50,392 bases of DNA from the IMG/VR virus record IMGVR_UViG_3300048592_000543, positions 1 to 50,392 of that record; one strand, 5' to 3'. Both the position numbers and the translations under genes were made by a program. Each line of letters opens with the position of its first letter. The first letter of the stretch is position 1. The stretch comes from a virus (taxonomy: Duplodnaviria; Caudoviricetes). Below are positions 24,873 through 35,629 of the stretch, one piece after another. The notes under the pieces were generated by a model. The model was not told the DNA's origin. It did not search any database and worked only from the letters and a program-made list of their open reading frames with translations.

Positions 24873-26846
24873 TTATTCGCCCGTTATTGTCGCGTTATAA
24901 CCGCCAACAGTTCCCGCATAGCCTGGAACATATCCAGAAAATGGACACATTTGGAAAGACCATAGCTTAACAGGTATTTTTAGCCCATCAGGATCATAAC
25001 CAATTTCTCTTATTAAACAAGGCACCAAATCATACTCGCTACTGCCTATTTTAACATCTAAATAGACCCAACCACCAATATCTCTCAGAAGTGACCGCCA
25101 TGTTAGATTACAGCCCAATATTTCAATCGTCGCCGATGCAATTTTTAGAGTTTCAACAAGCTGATCGATAACAGTATTTTGCTTGTAAAGATTAGGAAAC
25201 ACAATCTTTTTTGATATTTCCTTGCCAATTTGGGATATTGCCGCGCTGTTTCTGTAGATCGCCGTTAATCTAGCGTTCTCGTTTCGTATTGGCGAAAAAT
25301 TATAAACAGCTTGCGCTCTGTTAAAATTATTCTTGTCATCAATTGCTGTTTGAAAACTCCCCTTTTCAACGTCCCAATTTCTGATTGTATGGGTAGGCGA
25401 ATAAATAAAATTATCAAAATGGAGCGAAGAAAGCTTAAGAGTCAGATTAACATCAACGAATGACTCTAATCTAACTTGTTCTAGCATCGATAAAACATAT
25501 TGCATTGCGCCCTGCGGTTCTTGAATCCATACTCGACTTACCATTGTTGATATCGCGCTCTCTGTCGGTGTCGCTTTATCTCTGTAAGAATCCCATGAGC
25601 TATCAAAATCACCGTCAACAAGCCCGCCAAATGTTTTCAAAATATCTTTTGCTTGAGAGACAATATTATCAGTGTATGTCAAAAGATCTTTACCGACTAC
25701 GCGCACATAAAACTCATCTGACTGCTCAAAATTGTAAGCGATATAACCGCCCTCACCATCATCAACCCATGTTGTTGCTGTTCTCTGTTTGATTTCAAAT
25801 GTGCGGTTATCACCAGCTATATTTTCAATTTCTGTTGCAGGAACAAGCGAGTAGATATCATTTTTTCTCAGATAAATATTGGTTTCATCAAGATCTTTCA
25901 GAGCATTTTCACTAATTAACAATTTTACGTTTCTTGCTGTAGCTGTAGGCGCGGCCTGAAATTTGTGGATACCGCTTTGTGTTCCTGTTGTATTTACACT
26001 AGATCCGCCGAGAGATGTTGAAACCTCAAAAGTAAGATTGGCAGTAATGTTTTTGACAAAATAGTCAGTTCCTGTTGATAGTCCTGTCGGTAACGCTCCC
26101 GATGTTGTTAGCTGAATCTTGTCGCCATCCTCAAGATTATGTTCATTGCATTCAAAAATTGCTGGTGATGAGATTGTAACGGTGAAAATTCTTTCTTTGA
26201 AATCAACATGAGGATCATTGCCATTTGTGCAATATGTCGGAACAATCGCAGGATCTGGATCCAAATCCTCTAACCACGATCCATAGATGATTGGCAAAAG
26301 TTTCCCTACGTTTTTTTCCTCGATCTTTGGAAAAGATGCCTTTTGCATCGTAGTTTTTGGAAAGCTCTGATTGATTGCATCGAATTTGTCACGCGCTATA
26401 ATCGTAATGCTGGCTATAGATCTTTTAAAACCGCCAACATCAGTTATAAAACCCTCAAATATTGTCCTGTATGTTCCCGCCGATTCAGCGACACCAATAA
26501 GCACAGAAACCTTTTTCCCGATCCATCCGCCAAAGGACGCGCCGCCTGGTAGGTATTTATTGAATCTACCATCAACATTAGAAAGATCGAGTTGAACACT
26601 TGAAAATTGTAAATCAGGCGCGAGCCATTCGCCAACAGTTCTGTTAATAATAGGGAAATTTGTTAGAGCCTCATAAAATGTTTCACCAACGTATTTATTT
26701 CTGTCAGAAGCATAGATGTAACCATCTGGTGTTTCGATGTTTACAATCATCTCAAGTTTGTTTTCCAAATTGTTGGCGCAATCATCTAAAAGACCCTGGT
26801 CAAGCGTTGTTGCTGTTAGATATCTTTTTCTGTCAACATTACTCAT
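24873..26846 (-). CDS. Tail tip/hub protein with inserted beta-barrel domain
   Basis: LSNVDGRF, LPIIYG motifs; insertion TISSPA...HNLEDGDKIQLTTSGALPTGLSTGTDYFV. Confidence 0.7.
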   Translation of the reverse strand: MSNVDRKRYLTATTLDQGLLDDCANNLENKLEMIVNIETPDGYIYASDRNKYVGETFYEALTNFPIINRTVGEWLAPDLQFSSVQLDLSNVDGRFNKYLPGGASFGGWIGKKVSVLIGVAESAGTYRTIFEGFITDVGGFKRSIASITIIARDKFDAINQSFPKTTMQKASFPKIEEKNVGKLLPIIYGSWLEDLDPDPAIVPTYCTNGNDPHVDFKERIFTVTISSPAIFECNEHNLEDGDKIQLTTSGALPTGLSTGTDYFVKNITANLTFEVSTSLGGSSVNTTGTQSGIHKFQAAPTATARNVKLLISENALKDLDETNIYLRKNDIYSLVPATEIENIAGDNRTFEIKQRTATTWVDDGEGGYIAYNFEQSDEFYVRVVGKDLLTYTDNIVSQAKDILKTFGGLVDGDFDSSWDSYRDKATPTESAISTMVSRVWIQEPQGAMQYVLSMLEQVRLESFVDVNLTLKLSSLHFDNFIYSPTHTIRNWDVEKGSFQTAIDDKNNFNRAQAVYNFSPIRNENARLTAIYRNSAAISQIGKEISKKIVFPNLYKQNTVIDQLVETLKIASATIEILGCNLTWRSLLRDIGGWVYLDVKIGSSEYDLVPCLIREIGYDPDGLKIPVKLWSFQMCPFSGYVPGYAGTVGGYNATITGE

Positions 26847-28525
26847 AGTGATTCATCCACTTCTATAGAAAAATCGACATAATCAGCGCCATCACCCATG
26901 TTTAGATGGGTTTCTTCTGGCATAGTTGAAAGCTTTCCAAATACTGCAAACCGCGCTGGATCCGTTGAATCTGGTATCCAAAGGCATTTTAAAGACGTTC
27001 TTGCATAGTCGAAAACATAAACAAGATTTTCATAATTCCCCCTGCCATACGATAGCTTTTGAAAATCAAGATTAACTGCCTTTTTTAGCGATCTATCGTT
27101 CGATACGTTTGTAAAACCTTCTGTATTGACCTTGTCTGAAAAATGAATCTTGCGCTTTCTAACCTGATCAACAAAGCATTCACCTTGCAAAACAATAGAG
27201 CTACCGAAAACAATAGTTCCTATCGATAAATGATTATCTGGGTTTGTTGTATCAGAAACAATCAATCTCCAATACCTGTATTGCTTATTTGGGTATGTTG
27301 GCGCAATGTAATAGATATCTTGATTTCTGACTATTGTAATCGGTATCGATTCACCAACGGTTGAAAAGTCAGAAAAATTTGATCCCTCGAAAACTATAGC
27401 CGCCGATGTTGTGATATTGTGATTTAAAATTGCAAGCGTATCAACAGCAACACCCTGCGTTTTTTGAGTATCGCAAACGAGTATGACATACTTATCACCG
27501 TCAATAGATTGCCAACGCTGTTCGACAATATCAGTATTGAGATTTGATACAGAAAAATCCCCTGGTGCGGTTGATGTTGATGTCCAGTTTACTCCGGATA
27601 TTCCACGCGATGGGAATTCATAAAGCACACGCAAATTGTAATTGTTGTAAAGAATAAATTTTATTTGCATACCTAGTGAATATGCTCTAACGCGCTCCAC
27701 TTCCATGCCGAGCGCTTTTAAATGATCCTTAATTTGGTTTCTTATTTGCGATGCCGTAAAAGTAAGAGCCTCGATTACGCGATTAACTTCAGCGCCAATA
27801 GGAGCATCTTTTTTAAGTATCAGCCTTATTTCCATTGGACCGGCAACACAATAGCCGCCTGTCAAATATGGCGTTTCAAGATATCCTTGATTGAGATATC
27901 CTAACCCCTCGCAAGAAATATGAGGAAAGCTTTTATCCATCCTTACTTCAAAGCCCATAGATTTGGCTTTGTCGTTAATGTATCCCTTGGATTGCGCCGC
28001 ATTAGCTTTAAGCCTATCATTTATGATTCTATGCGTTTCCATTCCAAGCGGTTTTTGTGCTAATACTGTCATTTCAGACTGTAGCGCAACATAGTCGAGT
28101 TGATCTAAAAATCTAGCCTCGACTTCAAAACCAATCGGACTATCTTTTTTCATGATCAATTGTACTTCACACCCAAGCGCATGATCTTTGATCATTACGC
28201 GCTCAACTTCTAATCCCAATGTTTCAGATGCATCGCCTATGATTTTATTAATTTCAGATGCCATTTGCTTTTGACTGAAAAGTCCCGCCAATACTTCAAT
28301 ACCGATTGGTTTTTGATAATCAACTATCGAGCGTGATAGTTCCATAGCAACAGGCTTTTGATAATCAGATATGACATTTCTGATTTCCATTCCGATTGGT
28401 TTTTGCTTGTCAACAATCAATAGCCTTGTTTCCATTCCAAAGCTGTGTTGTGCGGTTCCGCCTAAATATGGTTCTTCATCTAAATATAAATTTTCTAAAT
28501 ATCCTTGTGTTTGCGGGTTTGTCAT
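26843..28525 (-). CDS. Distal tail protein with 14-15-aa N-terminal repeats and discoidin-like C-terminal domain
   Basis: Immediately after tape measure; KPIGME-type repeats; C-terminal LAILNHN...EGSN...QYRYWRL. Confidence 0.65.
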   Translation of the reverse strand: MTNPQTQGYLENLYLDEEPYLGGTAQHSFGMETRLLIVDKQKPIGMEIRNVISDYQKPVAMELSRSIVDYQKPIGIEVLAGLFSQKQMASEINKIIGDASETLGLEVERVMIKDHALGCEVQLIMKKDSPIGFEVEARFLDQLDYVALQSEMTVLAQKPLGMETHRIINDRLKANAAQSKGYINDKAKSMGFEVRMDKSFPHISCEGLGYLNQGYLETPYLTGGYCVAGPMEIRLILKKDAPIGAEVNRVIEALTFTASQIRNQIKDHLKALGMEVERVRAYSLGMQIKFILYNNYNLRVLYEFPSRGISGVNWTSTSTAPGDFSVSNLNTDIVEQRWQSIDGDKYVILVCDTQKTQGVAVDTLAILNHNITTSAAIVFEGSNFSDFSTVGESIPITIVRNQDIYYIAPTYPNKQYRYWRLIVSDTTNPDNHLSIGTIVFGSSIVLQGECFVDQVRKRKIHFSDKVNTEGFTNVSNDRSLKKAVNLDFQKLSYGRGNYENLVYVFDYARTSLKCLWIPDSTDPARFAVFGKLSTMPEETHLNMGDGADYVDFSIEVDESL

Positions 28526-31500
28526 GATCTGATTCCCTTGCTGCTAATTACAAATTCACCGTTAAGCGTTCTTCTTTTGATGTCTTCTTTGATCCTTGGC
28601 ATAAGCGTATTTCTGAAAAAAGTATCATCAATCGGCTTTGTTGTCTCGATCTCAATATTAATAGTGATATTCGGTTGCATCATCTGATTGCCAGTATTTA
28701 ATGAGTTGAGATATCCCAATCCTAGCCCTCTAGTCGCGTTTCTGTTGATAACAAATTCGCCTGGATTTAACATCGCTGGCACCTGCCCACCGAGCGCAAA
28801 TGATGGAACCAAACCGCCGCTATGAAATTTGTTTGCCTCAAACATCTTCATTACCATGTCAAACGCCTGTTTTCTGACAACATCCCAAAGACCGCCAAGA
28901 GGAGTCAAAATGTCTTTAACAACCTCAACCGGAGACGGTATTACTGTTTGATCGCCAATCGAAACGCCTTTATCAGAAATGCCTATTGTAGTTCCACCAA
29001 CTTTAATCGATCCACCCCAATATCGTTCTGGTGAAAGCCTTCCAGAAAGAACGCCGTCAACAATTGATTTGATACCCTGGTTTTCCATCATAGACCTTGG
29101 AATAATTGCCTCGCCTGGTGATAGTAGCGCTAAAACTCGATCATTAAGTTTACTGTCGCCGCCAACCAAAGCATTGCCAGGAACAAGACCGCCCTTTGCA
29201 AATGAAATAAATGGAACATCTATATTAGGCCCCATTTTGCTCAATGTTTTTTCAACAGTTCCTTGACCACTAGCTCCTTCTATATTAAACATTTTCTTAA
29301 ACAGATTGCTTGGATCTAGTTTCGCTAGCTGATCACCTAAAAGCTTTCCAATTCCTGATAAGCCATTTTTAAGACCATCCCAGATCTTTGTACCGATCCC
29401 AGAAAAAAGATTTCCGTTATCCTTGATTCCTTTGACAAGCCCATCCCAGATCTTTGTACCGATATCTTTGAGTGATTCCCAGAAGCTTGAAAACGATTTT
29501 ATAAGCCCATCCCAAACGCTTTTTATGATGTCGATGATTGTTGTTAGCGCGGCAATAACACCATCCCAAATGCCTCTTAAACCATCCCACAGTGTTTGTA
29601 GTGTTGTCAAAACATGCTGCCAAATGCCTTTTAGCCCTTCTAATAGCTGCGATCCTGTCTTTACTATGGTATCCCATACGCTTGATAGTGCTTCTATAAC
29701 TACCTTCCAGATCGATTCGAGAGCATTCCAAAGATTTGTTAGCGCTTCGATTACAATTGCCCAAAGAGCCTCAACTGCTTGCCAAACGCCTTTTAGAGTA
29801 TTGATCATTCCATCCCACAACAATTTCACAAAATCCCACAATCCGCGCCACATTCCAACAATACCATTCCAAACATCTTGTAATATTTTCAATAGTTTGT
29901 GCCACCACATGGTAAGATAGTCTACCGATTTTTTAGCTCCATCATAAATGTTATCTTTGATCTTATCAACGATATCACCTGTTGTTGCTCCTGCCTGTAA
30001 ATCCATAACAGCGAATATTTTGCTTGACTCATTTGTCAATGTTTTTGATGCCGCTCGCCATGACTTCGTTAAGTCATCACCAATCTTTTTTGTGTCAGGA
30101 CCTTTTATCGATATTCCCTTGAGAAAATCACCGAGCTTTTTAATTCCATTGACTATGCCGTTTATTATTCCATTAACAACAGCACCAACAACGCGCATCC
30201 AGGCAACCATGAGTTTGGGTATAAGCTTTATAAACGCCTGAACAAACATCCATACCATTCTTGGAGCATTATCAATTATTGACACAACAAGCTTTTCAAC
30301 GATATCTGGAATCCTATCAATAAACTTATCGATCACATTTGGTAGCTGATCAAGAAGACTTTCGAGAGCCTTTGGTAGTTCTTCGGCAGCATGATCGACT
30401 ATTGTTTCTATTATATCAGGTATTGCTTGCATAATGTTTGGAATGAAATTCTTGATAAAATCACTTAGTGACCGATTCAGGTTTTTAAATGAGTTTAAAA
30501 GAACACTTCCGAAGTTTGTAAGCTTATCGAATAAACCTGATATTTTGTCGATAAATTGCGGTATGAAATCTATTATTTTACCAATCGCATCCATAATCAT
30601 TGATGCTACATTTATTCCTGCCGTCATCATACCTAACGTGCCTTGCTGGAAAACTGTAGTCAAAGAATTAGCGGCTTCTGAACCAGCCTTCATGATGTTT
30701 TGATATTCAAAAGATGGTTGCTTTGCTAATGCAGCTTCTTTTTCTAGCTCTAAAATCTCCTTATATTTTTGTACAGTATCCTCGATTACTTGATTGCTAA
30801 TATTTAAATATCTAGCTCGTCTAACCAAAACATCTAGTGACTTAATTTGTAAATCGTAAGAATCAGAGGTCTTCTCATACTCTGTTTTTGCGCTTTCTGT
30901 GTTTTTATTATTTATCTCTGATATTTTTTCACCCAAAGAAATTAGCAATTTCATGCTTTCCTTAGATTCTTTTGTTGCTATGTATTTAGATAATTCACCT
31001 CCAGCTTTCGCTATTTCTTCATAAGCTCCTATTTGAGCGGATTTAAAAAACTCAAGTTTATCTGTTAAGTTTTCATAAGAGCTTGCCATCAAGTCAAAAC
31101 CATCTTCTCCCTCATTGAAAAAAGAAAAACCAATTTCTTCAAGCTTAATCATTTCGTCTTCTAATTTAATTATTTCATTCTTTATAAACTCAAGATATTT
31201 ATAATGAGATAATTGGTTTACAAGTTTAACCGTTTCACCGAGTGTTTTTCTTTCATCTTCTCTAAGTTTTCCAAGCCTTTCGATTCCCTTAAGCTGTTTA
31301 TACAAAAGCTTTTGCTGATCATCGGCTTGTTGATATATTATTTCTGCCTCTTGACCTGTTGTTTTTCTTATTTCATTTTGGATTTGTTTTTTAAATTCTA
31401 AGACTTTTTCTATTGTGTCTAATCTCAGTTTTTCCATATCAAGAAGATTCTGCATTTTTTGCTTTTCAAGATCAGCATATTTAGCAGCTGCTTGTTTTTC

Positions 31501-33279
31501 ATCTATATTGCTTTGTAATACAGATTCAATTTCAGTATTGATTTGTTTCTGTTTGGCCAATATCTTGTCAAACTCATCTCCTATGGTTAGCTGCCTTTGA
31601 ATCTGAGAATCAAAGCCCTTATTGATATCAGAAGCTAATTTTATAACAGTATCTCTATATGTTTGCGCTGCTTTTTTAGCTTCTTCCATTTGTTTTTTGA
31701 TAGCTTGACTTTGATTTTTCAATTTGTCGTTGAATTTATCGGCAGAATAACCAGATTTATTAAACTCATTTCCCATTCCCTTGACTATCTCAACAACGGA
31801 TCCAATCGCACCAGTGTCAAACTGTATCGAATCAGCGGTTTGCTTTATCTGATCAATCGTTTTTGATTGCTTCTCATTTAAATCATCGTAATTTGCAGCA
31901 AGATCGCCGATTGATTTTTTCGCTTTCTTTCTTAGATCATCAAGAGACATTCCAAACATATTCAGCAATTTTTCTGGAATAGCCTCGGCTACCGATTGAC
32001 TCAAATCATAGAACAGTATTTTTAGCGCAACAATTCCTTTTTCAAATTGAATCATCAAGTATGACCAAGATTGCTTGACGATATTAATCATCGTTGGTAT
32101 TTGACTTAAATTCCTAACAACAAGATCTATTGCCAAAGCTAGAATAGCTGCTTTTGCAGCGACTAAAGCAATTGGTATTGCCGCCGCAAAAAAAGCCGCC
32201 GCAACACCAGAGATTGCAGTTCCCAGCGCAACGATTGCAGCTAATATTGTAGGACCAAAATATGTTAATATTGCAGTTCCAACAGCCATTAAAATTGGTA
32301 CAAGCTTTTCAAGATGCTTAGAAGATGAATCAATCCATTCGGAAAATTCTGATATAAATTTATTTGCTTTTTCTAAAGTGGAGATCATCCAATTATAAGC
32401 ATCTCCAAGATTGAATATTTTAGATATTAATTCGCCTATTCCTTCGTATAAATTACCTAACAATATCTCTTGATATTTTTGTTTATCGGCAAGTGTTACA
32501 AGCTCTTTTTTTGAGAAGTCAGAATATTTCTTCGCAAGAATATCTATCGCTTCTCCCTGCCTAATTTGATATTGCGTTAATAGTTTTACCTCTGGTGCAT
32601 ATTGTGCTAGCTCTCCGGCCTCTCCCTTAAGTGTTGCTGCTAACTTTTGAAAAGATGCATTTAAATCATCTCCTGTCACATTGGAAAGAGATGTCGCTGT
32701 AACAATCATCTTTTCTAATAGATCATCGTTTATTCTCATAGCCTTTCCTTTTGCTATGAGATTCAAAACATATTCACCATCAACAAGAGAGTTTTTCTCA
32801 ACAGCATCGGCGAATGACTCCCACTTCTTTATTGATTCACCTATATTTTCTTCATTTATTAGCTTTAGTGTTTTTGAAAGATCATATGCGGCTTGTTCTT
32901 TTTCTTTAAATGCGCTTATCACTTTGTTTATTGGATCAATTATCGCGCTATATGCTTTTCCAGCAAGATCTAAAGCCTGATTTATAGCAATTAAACCGCC
33001 GCCAACACCGCCTAGTTTTGATCCAAAATTATTTAGAAAATCACCTGCTTTTTTTGCGGAGTTATTCATTGATTCAAAACTAGACACAACACCAGAAACG
33101 CTTTTGTTTACACCGCCAAATGCTTTACCTAATCTAGGATCAATATCAGTAAGGTTTTTTTCTATCTTGTTTCCAACGCTCAAAAGACTTTCTAAACTAT
33201 TTTTTACAGCCTCAACATTTTTTGTAGCGCCTTTTGATTCTACTGATAATTCAATCAGCATATTTTCTGTGACTGCCAT
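28522..33279 (-). CDS. Tail tape measure protein
   Basis: 1585 aa helical; Trp-periodic repeats; C-terminal FAKGG...ALLSPGE and FHSGG...AMLNPGEFV motifs. Confidence 0.92.
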   Translation of the reverse strand: MAVTENMLIELSVESKGATKNVEAVKNSLESLLSVGNKIEKNLTDIDPRLGKAFGGVNKSVSGVVSSFESMNNSAKKAGDFLNNFGSKLGGVGGGLIAINQALDLAGKAYSAIIDPINKVISAFKEKEQAAYDLSKTLKLINEENIGESIKKWESFADAVEKNSLVDGEYVLNLIAKGKAMRINDDLLEKMIVTATSLSNVTGDDLNASFQKLAATLKGEAGELAQYAPEVKLLTQYQIRQGEAIDILAKKYSDFSKKELVTLADKQKYQEILLGNLYEGIGELISKIFNLGDAYNWMISTLEKANKFISEFSEWIDSSSKHLEKLVPILMAVGTAILTYFGPTILAAIVALGTAISGVAAAFFAAAIPIALVAAKAAILALAIDLVVRNLSQIPTMINIVKQSWSYLMIQFEKGIVALKILFYDLSQSVAEAIPEKLLNMFGMSLDDLRKKAKKSIGDLAANYDDLNEKQSKTIDQIKQTADSIQFDTGAIGSVVEIVKGMGNEFNKSGYSADKFNDKLKNQSQAIKKQMEEAKKAAQTYRDTVIKLASDINKGFDSQIQRQLTIGDEFDKILAKQKQINTEIESVLQSNIDEKQAAAKYADLEKQKMQNLLDMEKLRLDTIEKVLEFKKQIQNEIRKTTGQEAEIIYQQADDQQKLLYKQLKGIERLGKLREDERKTLGETVKLVNQLSHYKYLEFIKNEIIKLEDEMIKLEEIGFSFFNEGEDGFDLMASSYENLTDKLEFFKSAQIGAYEEIAKAGGELSKYIATKESKESMKLLISLGEKISEINNKNTESAKTEYEKTSDSYDLQIKSLDVLVRRARYLNISNQVIEDTVQKYKEILELEKEAALAKQPSFEYQNIMKAGSEAANSLTTVFQQGTLGMMTAGINVASMIMDAIGKIIDFIPQFIDKISGLFDKLTNFGSVLLNSFKNLNRSLSDFIKNFIPNIMQAIPDIIETIVDHAAEELPKALESLLDQLPNVIDKFIDRIPDIVEKLVVSIIDNAPRMVWMFVQAFIKLIPKLMVAWMRVVGAVVNGIINGIVNGIKKLGDFLKGISIKGPDTKKIGDDLTKSWRAASKTLTNESSKIFAVMDLQAGATTGDIVDKIKDNIYDGAKKSVDYLTMWWHKLLKILQDVWNGIVGMWRGLWDFVKLLWDGMINTLKGVWQAVEALWAIVIEALTNLWNALESIWKVVIEALSSVWDTIVKTGSQLLEGLKGIWQHVLTTLQTLWDGLRGIWDGVIAALTTIIDIIKSVWDGLIKSFSSFWESLKDIGTKIWDGLVKGIKDNGNLFSGIGTKIWDGLKNGLSGIGKLLGDQLAKLDPSNLFKKMFNIEGASGQGTVEKTLSKMGPNIDVPFISFAKGGLVPGNALVGGDSKLNDRVLALLSPGEAIIPRSMMENQGIKSIVDGVLSGRLSPERYWGGSIKVGGTTIGISDKGVSIGDQTVIPSPVEVVKDILTPLGGLWDVVRKQAFDMVMKMFEANKFHSGGLVPSFALGGQVPAMLNPGEFVINRNATRGLGLGYLNSLNTGNQMMQPNITINIEIETTKPIDDTFFRNTLMPRIKEDIKRRTLNGEFVISSKGIRS

Positions 33280-33288
33280 TTAAAGCCC

Positions 33289-33729
33289 CTATTTTTTTAG
33301 CTTTGGCGTTTTCATACTTGAGATTTTACCATCACCTACAATCATTTTAACCCTTGAAACAAATTGAATCTGCTTATATCTTGGAACAAACCAAGAAACC
33401 TGCTCTACCCACCAATCTGGTTGATCGTTGATACCGCCATGAGTCAAGAGGATATTACCTGTTTCTGATGCTACTATTAAGAGCTTAAAAATTGAAACGA
33501 CTTCGATGTCCCACCCAGCTTTTGCCGGACAAAATCCGTAAAGCTCCCCGCCTTGGCTAATTTGAATCGGCCAAAATGCACCATCTTTTTCGGTAAAATC
33601 TTCCCGATCTTCTTGGCAACGTCTTAATTTTTTTATGGAATCTTTGCAGTTTTGGCAATCGAAAGATCGGCCTTCGGCTTTTAATCTGGAATGATCAGCA
33701 AGTGATAGCTCTGCAAGCGCTATCAGCTT
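33289..33729 (-). CDS. Tail assembly chaperone extension (gpGT-like), reached by -1 frameshift
   Basis: Start-less open frame of 146 codons (KLIALAELS...CQNC...FCP...GGINDQPDWW...PKLKK) beginning at slippery CTA AAA AAA. Confidence 0.8.
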   Translation of the reverse strand, partial: KLIALAELSLADHSRLKAEGRSFDCQNCKDSIKKLRRCQEDREDFTEKDGAFWPIQISQGGELYGFCPAKAGWDIEVVSIFKLLIVASETGNILLTHGGINDQPDWWVEQVSWFVPRYKQIQFVSRVKMIVGDGKISSMKTPKLKK

Positions 33730-34217
33730 TTTTTTAGATCGGCCTTACCCTTGTTTTGCATGACATTTTGCCGAGCAACAAAAAGATCTGAAACAATACC
33801 GGCAGCAATGAGCTTTGCGATAAAATCATCGGACGCGCCGTTATCCTCATTATGCTTCGAGAATTTGATTTTCTGGTCTTCTGGGATGTTGTCTGGATTC
33901 TTAACATCACAGAGAGCACATCTTACTTCCTCGGCCATAAATGACATTTGAAATTGCGCTTCTCCTTTTTCAAATCGCAATTGCTTGTTCTGTACTTTTT
34001 GCGCCATCTTATAAGGCAGAACCTTGCGCATTACAAATCGCGTTGGTTCATCGCCGTCAACGAATTTAAGTTTAGATTCATCAAGATCTTTTAGATAATC
34101 AGCATAAGTCTCATCGAATCCATTTTCATATGCGCTATCATCTTTGATAATAGCACCATCAATTTTTGCGATAACATCTATAAAACCATCTGAAATTTGA
34201 CTTAATGTAAGACCCAT
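33723..34217 (-). CDS. Tail assembly chaperone (gpG-like)
   Basis: Between tail tube and tape measure; GGAGG RBS; ends in A8 slippery run (33728-33735). Confidence 0.8.
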   Translation of the reverse strand: MGLTLSQISDGFIDVIAKIDGAIIKDDSAYENGFDETYADYLKDLDESKLKFVDGDEPTRFVMRKVLPYKMAQKVQNKQLRFEKGEAQFQMSFMAEEVRCALCDVKNPDNIPEDQKIKFSKHNEDNGASDDFIAKLIAAGIVSDLFVARQNVMQNKGKADLKKS

Positions 34218-34257
34218 AAAAACCTCCACAAAATGTTTCTGCTAGAATGCCATGAAC

Positions 34258-34289
34258 AAAAAAAATGCGCGACATATTTTATGCCGCGC
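34258..34289 (-). terminator. Intrinsic terminator after tail tube gene
   Basis: GCGCGGCAT/ATGTCGCGC stem plus T-run. Confidence 0.7.
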
Positions 34290-34321
34290 TGAAGTAAATC
34301 ATGGAGTCTAACAATACGCCA

Positions 34322-35563
34322 TCAAGTAAAGTGTACGCTAATCTCATCAGCAGCGTCAAACGCCGTTTGATAAGCGTTTCCGGTGAAAGTCACCGGTACG
34401 CTACCAGTATCAGGAATTGCAATCGATGGAATTGAAAATTTAACATTTGGCAATCCAACTTTCAAATAGCGCTTTGTGTTATCGCCAAGCTCTAACGTGA
34501 GATCTTGACCATCAAAGTTTTGAACAGAATTGAAAATAGCCAAAAGATTTTCATCCATATTGCTTTCGAAAGTCACCTCGGCAGTCATCCTGTTTCCGGC
34601 AACATAAAACGGAGCCTTGAGAGAATCAGAACCATAGCAATAATTGACAAGCTCATGATCGTTTGTCAGATTGACGCCAACAGATCGAGCGCACAGCGTA
34701 CCGAAACCGGTTACCGCGAAAGATCCAACAAGACCGGTTTGCGGATTGTCGATAGCCGTTGGTGTTGCTGGCTCATAATAAACCAGGTAAAGTGGCGCAT
34801 TAAGACCAGAGCCATCAGCGTCCGCCAAAACAGCACCATCAAGAGTTACAACATCGCCGACAACCGACACGATTTTCCTCGGCGTACCATCCGGAGTATC
34901 CGCGCTGCGCGTAGTCCCGTTTGCCTCGATCAACATCACCATGCCGCCGATTGCCTTTTCGAACAGTTTCCCTTCACCAGCTTGCAGCGTTACGGTGTTC
35001 GCGCCATCGTTATCCGTTGTGCTTTTACCCATGCCGATATAGAGCGCATCTTTACAAGCTCCAGACCATTCACAAGTCGCTTCGCCATCGCCTGGGAAAG
35101 TCATGTTACAACCCTGGATAAACGAGCCGCGAGCTTGCCTTGCCCATTTGTCCGAGCATTCAACAAGCGTGAATGTGAAGTTTGGAACAGCAGCGGTATA
35201 TTTTGGACCGCTAGAAATGTCTTCAGCGCCTAACATTGATTTCCACAAATTGCGCACCGCTGGATCGATCTCAGTAACACCAGGCGCAACAACAGTGTCG
35301 TCGATGTTGAAATAAGTCGAGAAGCTAAACGATGCCTCTTTTTTCTTCTTTATAATGTTGTTGTGATGCCTACCACTGCGATGTGGCGAGCTTTCAATTG
35401 GCTGAGTATGTTCGATTGATCCGCCGCCAAGCGTAAAAAAGAAGTCCGTTCCAGCTGGAGCTATAAGCTCCCCCCTTGTCGTTTCTGGTTTTAGATACCA
35501 TCGCTGTTCAAGAGCAATAGACACATTACCAGAGCCATAAATGTCTGCATAATTTTTAGCCAT
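34322..35563 (-). CDS. Major tail tube protein
   Basis: E.TRG, NLTND, R..AEVTF, LPNVKFS.P patterns; position; AGGAG RBS. Confidence 0.8.
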   Translation of the reverse strand: MAKNYADIYGSGNVSIALEQRWYLKPETTRGELIAPAGTDFFFTLGGGSIEHTQPIESSPHRSGRHHNNIIKKKKEASFSFSTYFNIDDTVVAPGVTEIDPAVRNLWKSMLGAEDISSGPKYTAAVPNFTFTLVECSDKWARQARGSFIQGCNMTFPGDGEATCEWSGACKDALYIGMGKSTTDNDGANTVTLQAGEGKLFEKAIGGMVMLIEANGTTRSADTPDGTPRKIVSVVGDVVTLDGAVLADADGSGLNAPLYLVYYEPATPTAIDNPQTGLVGSFAVTGFGTLCARSVGVNLTNDHELVNYCYGSDSLKAPFYVAGNRMTAEVTFESNMDENLLAIFNSVQNFDGQDLTLELGDNTKRYLKVGLPNVKFSIPSIAIPDTGSVPVTFTGNAYQTAFDAADEISVHFT

Positions 35564-35629
35564 TTGACAATCTCCTACTTGTCAGATTAAAAAAATAACC
35601 CATTTTTCCTAAACGGTGTTGAGATTATC

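Noticed and set aside
28822-35315. Multiple + strand ORFs opposite the tape measure and tail tube genes (up to 242 aa)
   Set aside because: Antisense shadows without RBS or motifs
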